DNA of 64,000 nt from Promethearchaeia archaeon (lineage in GTDB: Archaea > Asgardarchaeota > Lokiarchaeia > Sigyniarchaeales > SOKP01). The notes under the pieces were generated by a model that saw only the letters and a program-made list of their open reading frames with translations, was not told where the DNA came from and searched no databases. Of this stretch, positions 28,426-38,669 are shown piece by piece (position 1 is the stretch's first letter; every line of letters begins with the position of its first letter). The stretch spans positions 64,001-128,000 of the forward strand of contig JAHQWK010000019.1 in assembly GCA_029856145.1 (NCBI GenBank), read 5' to 3'. The translations under genes were made by a program, and so were the position numbers.

Positions 28426-30606
28426 TTATTTCTTACTACTACTCTTTTTTCTTAATGGTTTGTCTTCTTCTAATAATTCACTTGCAGTTTTAAAAAGAGT
28501 CTCTTTATTGGAAAGAATTTTATCTACATTAATTTTAGATTTGAATTGAACTGAAGACTTCCTATAGACATCAGGGTTCAATTCAGAAACAAATTGAGAG
28601 ACTCTTACTATTTGAGGCCCTCGATATGTATTTTTAATCGAAGGAGATATAAGATATAGCTGGTCTTTTGCTCTTGTTATTGCGACATAAAATACTCTAC
28701 GTTCTTCCTCGAAAGCATCCAGGTCACCTACGCTTCTGCTGGAAGGGAATGAATCTTCACATAACATAGGGATAAATACCACACGCCATTCAAGTCCTTT
28801 TGCTCTATGTACAGTAGACAAAATTAATGGTTTCTCTTCCTCTGTTTCGTTACCAGCATGAACCGTTCTGGATTCTAAATTAGATAGATTTAGACTCAAA
28901 TTTTCTAAGAATTTCCGAATAGTAGGAAAATTCTGCGCATAAACACTTAGTTGCTTTAAATCATCCATACGTTCTTGCCAATTATCAAATTTTGATTTTA
29001 AATGATCTTCAAGAACGGTTATTAAATTTTGGATAACTTCTGATGGATTATCCTCAGGTGTAAAATCAATTAATTTTTTTACATAAGAGATTAAGTTTTT
29101 TATTCCCTCCTTAGATATACGAGATCCTTTTAATTTTTCAGCATAAAACATCTTATTAATTAAAGCATCAATTGGATGTTCTATTATAGAAATCGCTTCA
29201 AAAATTTTTGAACCAGATGATGTTCCAATGCCTTGGATGATTGAAAAAATTCTAGACCATGAAACTTCGTCATAGGGATTCTCGATTATTCTTAAATGAG
29301 CTAAAATATCCTTAATATGTGCTCTTTCAAAAAAAGCAACACCTGCTCGAACTTCATATGGTATGTTTTTTGCTCTTAATTCAAGTTCTATTCTTAGTGA
29401 ATGAGAACCTGCTCTAATTAATATTGCTATTTCATCTAAATCAAATCCATCTGAACGTAATTTTAGAATTTGGTTCGTGATAAATCTTGCTTGATCCATA
29501 TCATCTCCTAAATTTACTTGGAATGGGATAGTTCCTTTAGGGCGTGTGGTGTGCATAGATTTTTTAAATTGTTTTTCATTATGCTCTATGGAGTTATTTG
29601 CTAGTTTTAAAATCTCAGGTACACTTCTATAATTATAAGTTATTGTATATCTCTTACAATTTTTATATCTCTTTTCAAAATTGATAATGTTTTGAAAATT
29701 AGCACCTCTAAATGCATAAATACTTTGAGCATCGTCACCCACAGCTATAACATTCTGTTCTGGATTCTGTTTAACTATTTTATATATAATCTCATCTTGG
29801 ATGTAATTGGTATCTTGGTATTCGTCAACAAGGACATATTTTATATTCTTCGCAATTAGTTGAGCAACTGCTCTTTCATCCAATAACTGATTCCAATAAA
29901 TCAATAAATCATCAAAATCTACTAAATTATCTTGAGCTTTCTTCTCTCGATAAATCTTGAAAACTTCTTCTAATTTTTTAATGACATCCTTACTATCAAA
30001 TTGAGAATATTTCCAAAGGATAACATCTCGAATTGATTTATTGCAATTAATGGAAAATGACAATATAGCTTTTGCCATCCTAGAATTTGGAAATCTTTCT
30101 TGGATTTCTTTAATATTTCCTTTCTCAATTGAAAGTTTCATCAAACTTCTTGCGTCAGTTTCATCCATTATGGTATAATTTGCTTTTAAACCTAGTATTT
30201 TTGCATATCTTCGAATAAAACGATTTGCTATAGAGTGAAATGTACCCCCCCAGATCCCTTTTGGTCGTTTTCCTAAAAGGATTTCTACACGTTTAATCAT
30301 TTCATTAGCTGCCTTATTCGTGAATGTTACAAGCATGATTTCATTTGGCTTTACTCCTGATAATAATAATTTCGCAACTGAATAAGTAATTGTCCTTGTT
30401 TTACCACTTCCTGCACCAGCGATAACTAAAATTGGTCCTTTAATATTATTAATGATTTTCAATTGTTCCTCGTTTAAATCTTCTTCAAACGATATTTCAT
30501 TATAATCCTCTATAACAACTGGTAATTCTTCTAAAGATTCAGCATAGGCCTCATCGTAAAACTCAAATATATACTCCTCTTCGGAATTGTCTTTCTTCTG
30601 ATTCAA
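28426..30606 (-). CDS. uvrD: UvrD/PcrA/Rep SF1A helicase
   Basis: VIAGAGSGKT, TFTNKAA, TFHS, VDEYQDTN, VGDDAQSIY.FRGA, NYRS, STVHRAKGLEW, EERRVFYVAITRA. Confidence 0.93.
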   Translation of the reverse strand: MNQKKDNSEEEYIFEFYDEAYAESLEELPVVIEDYNEISFEEDLNEEQLKIINNIKGPILVIAGAGSGKTRTITYSVAKLLLSGVKPNEIMLVTFTNKAANEMIKRVEILLGKRPKGIWGGTFHSIANRFIRRYAKILGLKANYTIMDETDARSLMKLSIEKGNIKEIQERFPNSRMAKAILSFSINCNKSIRDVILWKYSQFDSKDVIKKLEEVFKIYREKKAQDNLVDFDDLLIYWNQLLDERAVAQLIAKNIKYVLVDEYQDTNYIQDEIIYKIVKQNPEQNVIAVGDDAQSIYAFRGANFQNIINFEKRYKNCKRYTITYNYRSVPEILKLANNSIEHNEKQFKKSMHTTRPKGTIPFQVNLGDDMDQARFITNQILKLRSDGFDLDEIAILIRAGSHSLRIELELRAKNIPYEVRAGVAFFERAHIKDILAHLRIIENPYDEVSWSRIFSIIQGIGTSSGSKIFEAISIIEHPIDALINKMFYAEKLKGSRISKEGIKNLISYVKKLIDFTPEDNPSEVIQNLITVLEDHLKSKFDNWQERMDDLKQLSVYAQNFPTIRKFLENLSLNLSNLESRTVHAGNETEEEKPLILSTVHRAKGLEWRVVFIPMLCEDSFPSSRSVGDLDAFEEERRVFYVAITRAKDQLYLISPSIKNTYRGPQIVRVSQFVSELNPDVYRKSSVQFKSKINVDKILSNKETLFKTASELLEEDKPLRKKSSSKK

Positions 30607-30967
30607 TTTTACATACTACTCTTATTTTAATCTTTCAGGAAAATTTCCTTTTTTCTACTAAATAAATTTTTTACTGTTGAAGGAAATAAATTTCTTTCGA
30701 TCTTTTATAATAATAAATTAAATAATTATATTTTAATTAAAAAGATTAAATTAAAAACCAGAAAAGTGGTATTTTTTAATTTTCTTTTAATTATTTTGCA
30801 CAAATATTAAATAATATTTATTTATTTCACGATAGTATAAGACCCATTTGCTTAAAACTTCAAAGACTTGAATGCTGGATGATTGAACATTTATTAAAAA
30901 TACAATTTTCAATTAAATTGATGTAGTAAAAAAAAAATAAAGTAAATTAAAAAAAAATTTGATTTTA

Positions 30968-32428
30968 TTATATAGATATACCTAATTCTTTTGACACCCT
31001 TTCGCCCCAAGTTGAGTCCGCTTTAAAAAAGTGTTTAGCCATTCGTTCTTGAATGAACTTAGGTACAGTTTTTAGACTATTAACTAGATTCTGAATTAGG
31101 CGATCTTGCTCATCTGGAGGCATTAATCTATAGAGATTACCTGGTTGAATGAAATCAGCATCAACTCTTGGTTGATTATATCTATCGGCATCTCCAGAAA
31201 TTTTTAGAGGTGGTTCTTTAAAAGCGGGGTTTTCTTTGGGTCCACCAAAACTGTTTGGTTCATAAACCACAGAGTTTCCAAAATTACCATCAAACCGCAT
31301 AAAACCATCACGATGATATGTGTTTACTTTTGCAGCTTTTGGTTGATTAACAGGCAGTGATTGATAATTAACTCCGAGCCGATATCGATGCGCATCAGCA
31401 TAAGAGAAGAGTCTACCTTGGAGCATTTTGTCGGGTGAATAAGAAACACCTGGAACGCGATTTGATGGATCAAAAGCCGCTTGTTCAACTTCTGCAAAAT
31501 AATTTGATGGATTCCGATTTAGTTCCATTATCCCCACTTTAATTAATGGATAGTCTCCATGAGGCCAAACTTTAGTTAAATCAAACGGATTCCACTCATA
31601 AGTTTCAGCTTCAAGCTCTGGCATTATTTGTACGAATAACTCCCATTTTGGAAAATCTCCCCTCTCAATTCTCTCGTATAGATCACGAGTTGCCCAATCT
31701 GGATCGGTACCAGCAAGTTTATCCGCTTCTTCTTGCATGAAGTTTTTAATGCCTTGCATAGTTTTAAAATGAAATTTTACCCAGAAACGTTCATTATTTG
31801 CATTAATAAAACTATAAGTGTGACTTCCATAACCATTCATGTGTGGATGACCTCTAGGTATACCTCGATCGGAAAAAAGTATGGTTACTTGATGCAACGA
31901 TTCAGGAACTAAAGACCAGAAATCCCACCACATGGTTTGTGATTTGAGGTTTGTTTGAGGCATGCGCTTTTGAGTGTGAATGAAATCACTGAATTTTAAT
32001 GGATCTCTTACAAAAAATACTGGAGTATTATTGCCAACTAAATCCCAATTACCCTCTTCTGTATAAAATTTTATTGCGAACCCTCTGACATCTCTTACTG
32101 TATCTGCGGAGCCTCTTTCACCTGCCACTGTTGAAAATCGAATAATAAGCTCGGTCTTTTTTCCTACTTCAGAAAAAATTTTGGCTTTGGTATATTTTGT
32201 TATATTATTTGTTACAGTGAAAGTACCATATGCTCCTGCTCCTTTAGCATGTACTACACGCTCAGGTATTCTTTCTCTAGCAAAGGTTGCCAATTTCTCT
32301 AGCAAATGTACGTCCTGCATGAGAACTGGTCCTTTTTCACCAGCAGTTATTGAATTTTGATTATCTGCTACTGGTGCACCTCCAGCTGTTGTTAGTAATT
32401 TCTCTTCTTTTTTTTCTTTTTTTTCCAT
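30968..32428 (-). CDS. katA: Monofunctional small-subunit heme catalase
   Basis: [41 protein letters not shown]. Confidence 0.97.
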   Translation of the reverse strand: MEKKEKKEEKLLTTAGGAPVADNQNSITAGEKGPVLMQDVHLLEKLATFARERIPERVVHAKGAGAYGTFTVTNNITKYTKAKIFSEVGKKTELIIRFSTVAGERGSADTVRDVRGFAIKFYTEEGNWDLVGNNTPVFFVRDPLKFSDFIHTQKRMPQTNLKSQTMWWDFWSLVPESLHQVTILFSDRGIPRGHPHMNGYGSHTYSFINANNERFWVKFHFKTMQGIKNFMQEEADKLAGTDPDWATRDLYERIERGDFPKWELFVQIMPELEAETYEWNPFDLTKVWPHGDYPLIKVGIMELNRNPSNYFAEVEQAAFDPSNRVPGVSYSPDKMLQGRLFSYADAHRYRLGVNYQSLPVNQPKAAKVNTYHRDGFMRFDGNFGNSVVYEPNSFGGPKENPAFKEPPLKISGDADRYNQPRVDADFIQPGNLYRLMPPDEQDRLIQNLVNSLKTVPKFIQERMAKHFFKADSTWGERVSKELGISI

Positions 32429-32518
32429 TTAAGTTCTCTCTTTCAATTATTAATTACAAATGTGTTAAATAATGATGTTAAATTCACATTTAAGAATTCT
32501 TTTTATATCTTATATAAT

Positions 32519-32533
32519 TAAGAATCATTCTTA
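32519..32533. promoter_or_regulatory. Fur/PerR-type 7-1-7 inverted repeat between catalase and fur/perR
   Basis: TAAGAAT-C-ATTCTTA with perfect arms; overlaps the palindrome TTCTTATATAAGAA (32528-32541). Confidence 0.75.
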
Positions 32534-32637
32534 TATAAGAACAAATATTAGACAGTAACAGTTATTAAAATACCTTATGTTTTTATTTTAAAAGTACTTT
32601 AAATTTTTTTAAATATTTATAGAACCAGTGATTTTGA

Positions 32638-33066
32638 ATGAATACTAAAGAATTAATCACAATTTTTCGAGAAAAAGGGTATAAACTAACCTCTCAACGT
32701 TTAACAATATGTAAATTTATACTTTCACGTAAAGATCATCCTACAGCTAATCAAATATATCAAGCACTAAAGGAAGAATATCCCACATTAAGTTTGGGAA
32801 CGATTTATAAAACTTTACATCTTCTAAAAGAATTAGGTTTATTACAAGAACTAGGTTTCAATGAAGGAAGTATCAGATATGATCCAGATATGGAACTCCA
32901 TGTGAATATGGTTTGTTCCAAATGTGGAAAAATTTATGATTACAAGACTGAAAATGTAAAGAATTTATGGGATGCAATTCTATCTGAGTTGAATATTAAA
33001 CCTGAGGGTCAACTTATTGATATTTACTATGAATGTGATGATTGTAAAAATATTAATTCTAATTAA
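32638..33066 (+). CDS. Fur-family regulator, probably PerR-like
   Basis: LTSQR, DHPTA.QIY, SLGTIYKTL, RYD...HVNMVCSKCG, YECDDC; divergent from catalase. Confidence 0.9.
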   Translation: MNTKELITIFREKGYKLTSQRLTICKFILSRKDHPTANQIYQALKEEYPTLSLGTIYKTLHLLKELGLLQELGFNEGSIRYDPDMELHVNMVCSKCGKIYDYKTENVKNLWDAILSELNIKPEGQLIDIYYECDDCKNINSN

Positions 33067-33268
33067 ATTCTTAAGCCTAAATGGAATATAAACAATACGA
33101 TATTTTCAGAACATTTTATTTATTAGGTTGTATAATATAAAACGATTCAAAAACTGACAAAACAGAGAAACAAATTAAAAGAAAATTAAAAAAATATAAT
33201 TAAATTTTTAGAAACTATGATTCTTATGATATAAATATCTAATGATTACTCGAGAATATAAAACTAAC

Positions 33269-33562
33269 TTATACAAGACCAACTAATATTTTAAAGGCAG
33301 CAGTTTCTTCACCATCATCTACGGATGTAATCGTAAAAGATATATCATGTTTATCCCTTATATTAGGTGCTGCTTGTACCGAAATAAATTTCATTCTAGG
33401 ATTTGTATTTGCTCCTTGCCAAATCCAGACCTTACTATCGCGGCGATCTACAAAAAGCAGAATTTTATTTAAATCTAATAATTCAAACAAAGGAACATTT
33501 TCCTTAACTTCTACTTCTTCAAAATCTTCTAATTCTTTGCTAAATTGATATACAACTATCAA
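33269..33562 (-). CDS. Single-domain gelsolin-like protein
   Basis: LLD..KILLFVD...VWIWQG and VDDGEETAAFK match the gelsolin-domain pattern (xYxWxG, EGxE..F). Confidence 0.75.
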   Translation of the reverse strand: MIVVYQFSKELEDFEEVEVKENVPLFELLDLNKILLFVDRRDSKVWIWQGANTNPRMKFISVQAAPNIRDKHDISFTITSVDDGEETAAFKILVGLV

Positions 33563-33707
33563 ATTATACTCGCTTGAATTTCTTCCTTATATTATAATAT
33601 TTCATCTTATTGACTTATAAACTTTTAACATTTCAATCAAATTTGTCTTAAAACCGTAAATTAATTTGAGAATTGTAACCTATGAAGATGTAAAAGGATT
33701 AGTAATC

Positions 33708-34076
33708 TTAATAATCGTTTTGGAATCTTCTTCTTCTTAATGTTGAAATAAGGTGTCCTCTTGAGAGTAATTGAAGTCCAAATTGTGAGCTATACTCTCG
33801 GGAAAAATCAGTAATAACATTACAAACCATAATTCCGCCTTCAATATTTGTGTCAATACATGCTTTATGTAATTGCCTCAATTGAGTAATTGAGATTTCT
33901 CTTTTCCAATCTCGAACAAAAACTCCAAATGTATTAAGTTTATTTTTTACAACAGCATCAAAAGTCCAAGACTTACCCGATTTACCTTTAAATTTTACTG
34001 GACCTTCAGCAAAATCATATTTTTCAGAAAAAACATTTTTGGCTAATTCAATTAAATTTTTATCTCCTAATGACAT
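33708..34076 (-). CDS. Mrr-like restriction-endonuclease-fold protein (degenerate PD-(D/E)xK)
   Basis: KGKSGKSWTFDAVV, VRDWKREIS...LRQL, GGIMVCN, GLQLLS. Confidence 0.65.
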   Translation of the reverse strand: MSLGDKNLIELAKNVFSEKYDFAEGPVKFKGKSGKSWTFDAVVKNKLNTFGVFVRDWKREISITQLRQLHKACIDTNIEGGIMVCNVITDFSREYSSQFGLQLLSRGHLISTLRRRRFQNDY

Positions 34077-34144
34077 GAATACACACAATTTATGTAATAT
34101 ATATATATTATTTCTATATGGATCTGAATATTATTTAAGCTGAT

Positions 34145-34162
34145 ATATTACCAACGTAATAT
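34145..34162. promoter_or_regulatory. Perfect 7-4-7 palindrome upstream of Mrr-like gene
   Basis: ATATTAC-CAAC-GTAATAT. Confidence 0.5.
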
Positions 34163-34240
34163 GGCTCTATCTTTTTTAGAGAAATTAGTGATAAATTTGA
34201 CGACAAAAAAGACATCAAAGTCACTTTAAATTAAAAGATT

Positions 34241-35044
34241 TTACTTTTTACTAAATTCAGTTAATTTAAGAAATGAATATTCTCCATCAGTATCAGGACC
34301 ATTTTTTTGTATGTACTTAAACATATTTTGTTGTAAAAAGTCTAACAAACCTTCAAGTACTTTATCACAAATGGACTTACATTCCAAATAGTTTGAATCA
34401 CAATTGTTCTTAAATTGTCTACAAAATTTTTTCATCTGTAATGATAATCCTTGAGCAGATAAAGTTGTTAAACTATCCCAAGTATCTTTAAATCCAGCTA
34501 AATGACTGGGAGGAGTTTGTTTTAATAAATCTATTAAATTATTCTTAGAAGAACTATTATTTAATCGATTTTTGAACACTTTAGCTTCTTTTTTAGCTTC
34601 AAGTTGACATAGAAAAACGTAATATTTAAGTAATTTTTCTGCTTCCTTTGTTTTTTCAGAATCAACAATCCTCCAACCATTAGCTCTTTTACAGCTTATG
34701 TCTTTATCTGATGAGCTAGAAAAGTTCGTAGGATAAATCCAGCATTGTGGAGGTTTAATTCCTGAGTTGTGGACTGAGCACCCTTTTATCTTATCATCGA
34801 ATAAAAAACATTTTCCTTTTTTTTCGTCAAATCTTAATTTAAAACTGAATACATCACTTCTAATAAAATCTCTTCTATCAGCATAGCCTCGTTTAATATA
34901 TTCCTCAGCTAATACTTTTGGAACATTAATCTTGATCGAACAACAATCACCATTACATATATTTAAGCAATTTGGGCCCTCAATTGCTGATTTCATAAGG
35001 AAGTTAAATCTTCTGACAACTTTCCAAAATATGTCGTTAACCAC
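34241..35044 (-). CDS. YkgJ/CxxCxxCC cysteine-cluster protein
   Basis: CLNICNGDCC, CFLF...CSVH..KPPQCWIYP. Confidence 0.78.
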   Translation of the reverse strand: MVNDIFWKVVRRFNFLMKSAIEGPNCLNICNGDCCSIKINVPKVLAEEYIKRGYADRRDFIRSDVFSFKLRFDEKKGKCFLFDDKIKGCSVHNSGIKPPQCWIYPTNFSSSSDKDISCKRANGWRIVDSEKTKEAEKLLKYYVFLCQLEAKKEAKVFKNRLNNSSSKNNLIDLLKQTPPSHLAGFKDTWDSLTTLSAQGLSLQMKKFCRQFKNNCDSNYLECKSICDKVLEGLLDFLQQNMFKYIQKNGPDTDGEYSFLKLTEFSKK

Positions 35045-35228
35045 AGTATTTTTTCTTAATTTAATTATGACTTTAAATTAATAAGAGTGATTAAAATTTA
35101 AAAATGATATTTAAAATATCTTTTCATCTACTAAAGTATAAAAAGATCAACTTTATTTTTTTATTATTACAAATTTTGTATAAAATTATTTCTAAATCTT
35201 AATAATACAAATATGAGAAGAGTATCGA

Positions 35229-37340
35229 ATGTCGCAAAATCTTATAGTTATAGATATTACCGATGAGGAACACATAATTCTTGATGGTTCGCAGAATCTA
35301 AAGGAAATTAAGGGAAATGGAACGCTTACTGTAAAAAATCCAACCCAAAGAAGTAGATTATGGAATTTATTATGTGATGTTAAAGAATATGTTAATACAT
35401 CTATCGATTCAAAAGAATTAACAGTAGGAACATTGAATCCCACCCAGGAATTTGTTAGAGAATATGAAATAAGAGAGCTAAAAGACTCCTCTTTAAAAGT
35501 TGAGGAAATCTTTGATACAGATAAATCCGATTCTGGTAAGGTAAATAATATATTTCTATATAATACAGATAACAAATGCAGTTTAAAACTCATACTTACA
35601 AATCCTTTGAATTTACCTATCCTAGATATTAAAGTTAAAAGGAACATGCCAGCGTTTATTCAAGAAATCGAAATGAGGAATCCAAGTCACGGCGATGCAA
35701 ATTTGAAAGAAGAAGAAGGTAATCGAGTCCTCTCTTGGGAGTTAACATCTTTAGATCCAGAAAGTAAAGCCGAGCTTGAAATATTCTTTACAGTAAATAT
35801 AAAAGAATTGGCTACTCAAGAGCTTGGAGTGTTAAATGTTAGTTATTTAATTAATAACTACAAATTAACAATGATGACCCCTGTTGTAAGAGGGTTAACA
35901 GATTCTATGAGTGGAATTGATAGAGATGAGGGTTCTCAACCTGGTATGTGGGATTGTAATGTTGAATTTATTAATGAATCTGAATTCCAAGTAAAACTCG
36001 AAGATGCAAAGGTAACTCAAAAGATTGCTACAGGTAGTGAAGTTGTTGTATCTCAAACACCGGATAGAGTTTTGAATCCTGATGAGTCTTGGGATTATGA
36101 TTTTCAGGTAGAAGCAAAAGATGTCCCTGAACTAAGCTCGGAAATTGGCTCTACACCAATGTTTGTAGTGATTCCAAGAGTTGTTGGTGAAATTATAAAA
36201 GAATCCACTATATACAATGTTTTATGTGCAACTATTGATAAAGAGATAAATCCGCCTGAAGTAGACGCATACGCTAATACTAATATGACAATTCAAAATG
36301 TGATAATAAATAATGGTTCTTCAACAATTGAGAAATTTTTCTTATCAGATGAGATTCCTACCGATTTTATTCCCCCCTTAGTTAAGGAAATTAAGATCCT
36401 ATTAGGAGATATAGATATAAGCTCAAGAGAAGAATTTGTTCAAAAAATACTAATTGATCCAAGTGATCAAGATTTTTCTAAAAAACATCAAATTTATGTT
36501 GAATTATTTAATCTTTCAAATGAATTTCTACCAGAGAAAAAGATGGTAATTTCATATCCTCTTTTAGCAAGAAATCCACGACCACCTACTGAAACAAACT
36601 ATATGACCCCAGTAAAAATTGATATTAATAGTCCAGTGGAAGGTAAATCTTTCATTAAAATGCCAGATGAAGAGCCAGAACTAAAAGTTAGATACGTAAA
36701 ACGTAAATTAAAGACACTTAAAAGCATTAAACCTGGATTATCCGAAGGAGAGTTCAGTATTGGAGTACGAGTTCAAAACAAAGGAGATGTTGAATTAGAA
36801 AATGTACTAGTTAAAGATATTATCCCTACTGGATTTAGTTTAACTGAATTTACACCTCCTGTTGGTGCCACTCATGAAGTCGTGCAAGTAGGTGATCTAT
36901 CAGAATTACATGTAAAGGTTACTGAGATAAGTGGGGGTGCTTCTGTAAGTATTAACTATAATTGCTCTGGATCGGGTGATTATCCTAGGTCAGAACCTGT
37001 TATAATTGTTTTAGGGAGAGGTGGAGGAGAATCATCGAGTTCATCATCAGCTCCTCCAGCAGGCACAGAAACCCCAAAAGCTCATGTAGCAGATTCTCAA
37101 GCGGGAAAAATACATGATCTATTCATTGAGTTTTATAAAGCTGTTGATCGCGCACCAACTGCTCAATCTTTTGGAGATATACTTGAAAGAAGAAGGGATG
37201 AATTACCCCCTGGACCAGTTCTTCATCAAATTCTAGCCTATTCTAAGGAATTAAAAACTCTTGGCGATAAAATTATTGTTGGTTCATTATATGATGAAGT
37301 AATGAATAAGTTAAAGGAATTTAAAAGCAAATATGCCTAA
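35229..37340 (+). CDS. Large cytoplasmic multi-beta-sandwich (DUF11/Ig-like) protein with C-terminal helical domain
   Basis: Repeated xxNxG...DxIPxxF units (VQNKGDVELENVLVKDIIPTGF; INNGSS...DEIPTDF). No signal peptide or TM. Ser/Pro/Ala linker before a helical tail. Confidence 0.65.
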   Translation: MSQNLIVIDITDEEHIILDGSQNLKEIKGNGTLTVKNPTQRSRLWNLLCDVKEYVNTSIDSKELTVGTLNPTQEFVREYEIRELKDSSLKVEEIFDTDKSDSGKVNNIFLYNTDNKCSLKLILTNPLNLPILDIKVKRNMPAFIQEIEMRNPSHGDANLKEEEGNRVLSWELTSLDPESKAELEIFFTVNIKELATQELGVLNVSYLINNYKLTMMTPVVRGLTDSMSGIDRDEGSQPGMWDCNVEFINESEFQVKLEDAKVTQKIATGSEVVVSQTPDRVLNPDESWDYDFQVEAKDVPELSSEIGSTPMFVVIPRVVGEIIKESTIYNVLCATIDKEINPPEVDAYANTNMTIQNVIINNGSSTIEKFFLSDEIPTDFIPPLVKEIKILLGDIDISSREEFVQKILIDPSDQDFSKKHQIYVELFNLSNEFLPEKKMVISYPLLARNPRPPTETNYMTPVKIDINSPVEGKSFIKMPDEEPELKVRYVKRKLKTLKSIKPGLSEGEFSIGVRVQNKGDVELENVLVKDIIPTGFSLTEFTPPVGATHEVVQVGDLSELHVKVTEISGGASVSINYNCSGSGDYPRSEPVIIVLGRGGGESSSSSSAPPAGTETPKAHVADSQAGKIHDLFIEFYKAVDRAPTAQSFGDILERRRDELPPGPVLHQILAYSKELKTLGDKIIVGSLYDEVMNKLKEFKSKYA

Positions 37341-37439
37341 TTTTTTTTAATTTCAATTTAAAGATTTTTTTATTTTTTTCTCTTTTTTTAGTACTCCTAA
37401 TAATAAAAATATAAAAAAATATCAAAAATAGGTTGAGAG

Positions 37440-37793
37440 TTATAAATACATATTTAGCTTATCGATATCCTCCTGAATTCGTGATATACGCTTCTTTTTT
37501 CCACCTTCTTCATCAAATCCTTGTATATCTTCTTCTAAATTCAACTGTTCTTCTTCATATGCTTTTTCAACTTCCATTCCGTACCTCATGGCAAATGCTA
37601 CTAATTCCGGAATTAGAGAAACCATAGCTCTAAAACTAAAAATCCCTGCTAATACTGACAGTCTATTTATCATTTCACCAAAAGGTTCTAAATTCATTTT
37701 GGGGTTTCTCATGATATCCATTATCCTTTTAAATAACACTTCGTAGAATAATTCCTGTTCTTCTTTACTTAAATTTTCTTCTTCCTCTTCCAT
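37440..37793 (-). CDS. Hypothetical acidic helical protein
   Basis: 117-aa ORF with a plausible start; no recognisable motif. Confidence 0.65.
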   Translation of the reverse strand: MEEEEENLSKEEQELFYEVLFKRIMDIMRNPKMNLEPFGEMINRLSVLAGIFSFRAMVSLIPELVAFAMRYGMEVEKAYEEEQLNLEEDIQGFDEEGGKKKRISRIQEDIDKLNMYL

Positions 37794-37954
37794 TATAATT
37801 ACCTTGAGTTTTATATAATATTATTAAATTAAGAAATAAATTTAATTGATTTTAATCAGCATTATCCTATATAAAAATTATCTTAATTTTTTTTGAATTA
37901 TAAAATAGAATCGATATTCATTAAAAGTAGTTTAACCTTGTATTAATTAACATT

Positions 37955-38593
37955 ATGCTTTTAATAACGATTATTCTACTAGTAATTTTCTTATTTAATC
38001 TTGTAGTTTATTGGGTAATCTTTCTTAAAGTAAAGAAAAAAGAAAAAAAAATAGTTAAATTATTTTATAAAATTTTTCCTCTGATTTGGACATTATCTTT
38101 AGTACCAGTACCTATTATCAATTCAAGCTTTTTAAAATTGTATTTCCCTAATAATTATAGTTATTTTGATCAATATTGGCTTTTATTTGCTTTATTTGGT
38201 ATTGCACTAATTATTATTGGTATAATTTTTGCTAGAAGAGCAAATAAAGTATATAAGGTTAAATCAATGGATAAAAATAGCTCTAACTTAATTACTAAAG
38301 GAATTTTTAAATTAATAAGACATCCTGTATATTCAGCATGGGGAATTATCTTTTTAGGAATTGCTATCATCTCAGATTCACTTATTTCTTTGATAATTAG
38401 TTCTTTAATTTTTATTATTTTAGAAATAAACGCTATAATAGAAGAAAAACTAATCCTAATCCCAAAATATGGTAAAACCTATGAAAACTACAAAACAAAA
38501 ACACCAAATCGGATAATACCAACACCTCTAAATCTTTTTTTAATAATTATCACAATTATAATTGTGTATGTAGGCTTTCTAAATTTTAATTAG
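37955..38593 (+). CDS. ICMT/PEMT-family membrane methyltransferase
   Basis: LITKGIFKLIRHPVY, IEEK.L..KYG..YENYK. Confidence 0.82.
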   Translation: MLLITIILLVIFLFNLVVYWVIFLKVKKKEKKIVKLFYKIFPLIWTLSLVPVPIINSSFLKLYFPNNYSYFDQYWLLFALFGIALIIIGIIFARRANKVYKVKSMDKNSSNLITKGIFKLIRHPVYSAWGIIFLGIAIISDSLISLIISSLIFIILEINAIIEEKLILIPKYGKTYENYKTKTPNRIIPTPLNLFLIIITIIIVYVGFLNFN

Positions 38594-38669
38594 AACTCAT
38601 GATTAGTATAATAAATATTCTATAACATATAATATGAAAAAGGAAATACCCTATAGTATATTAGGTTAT

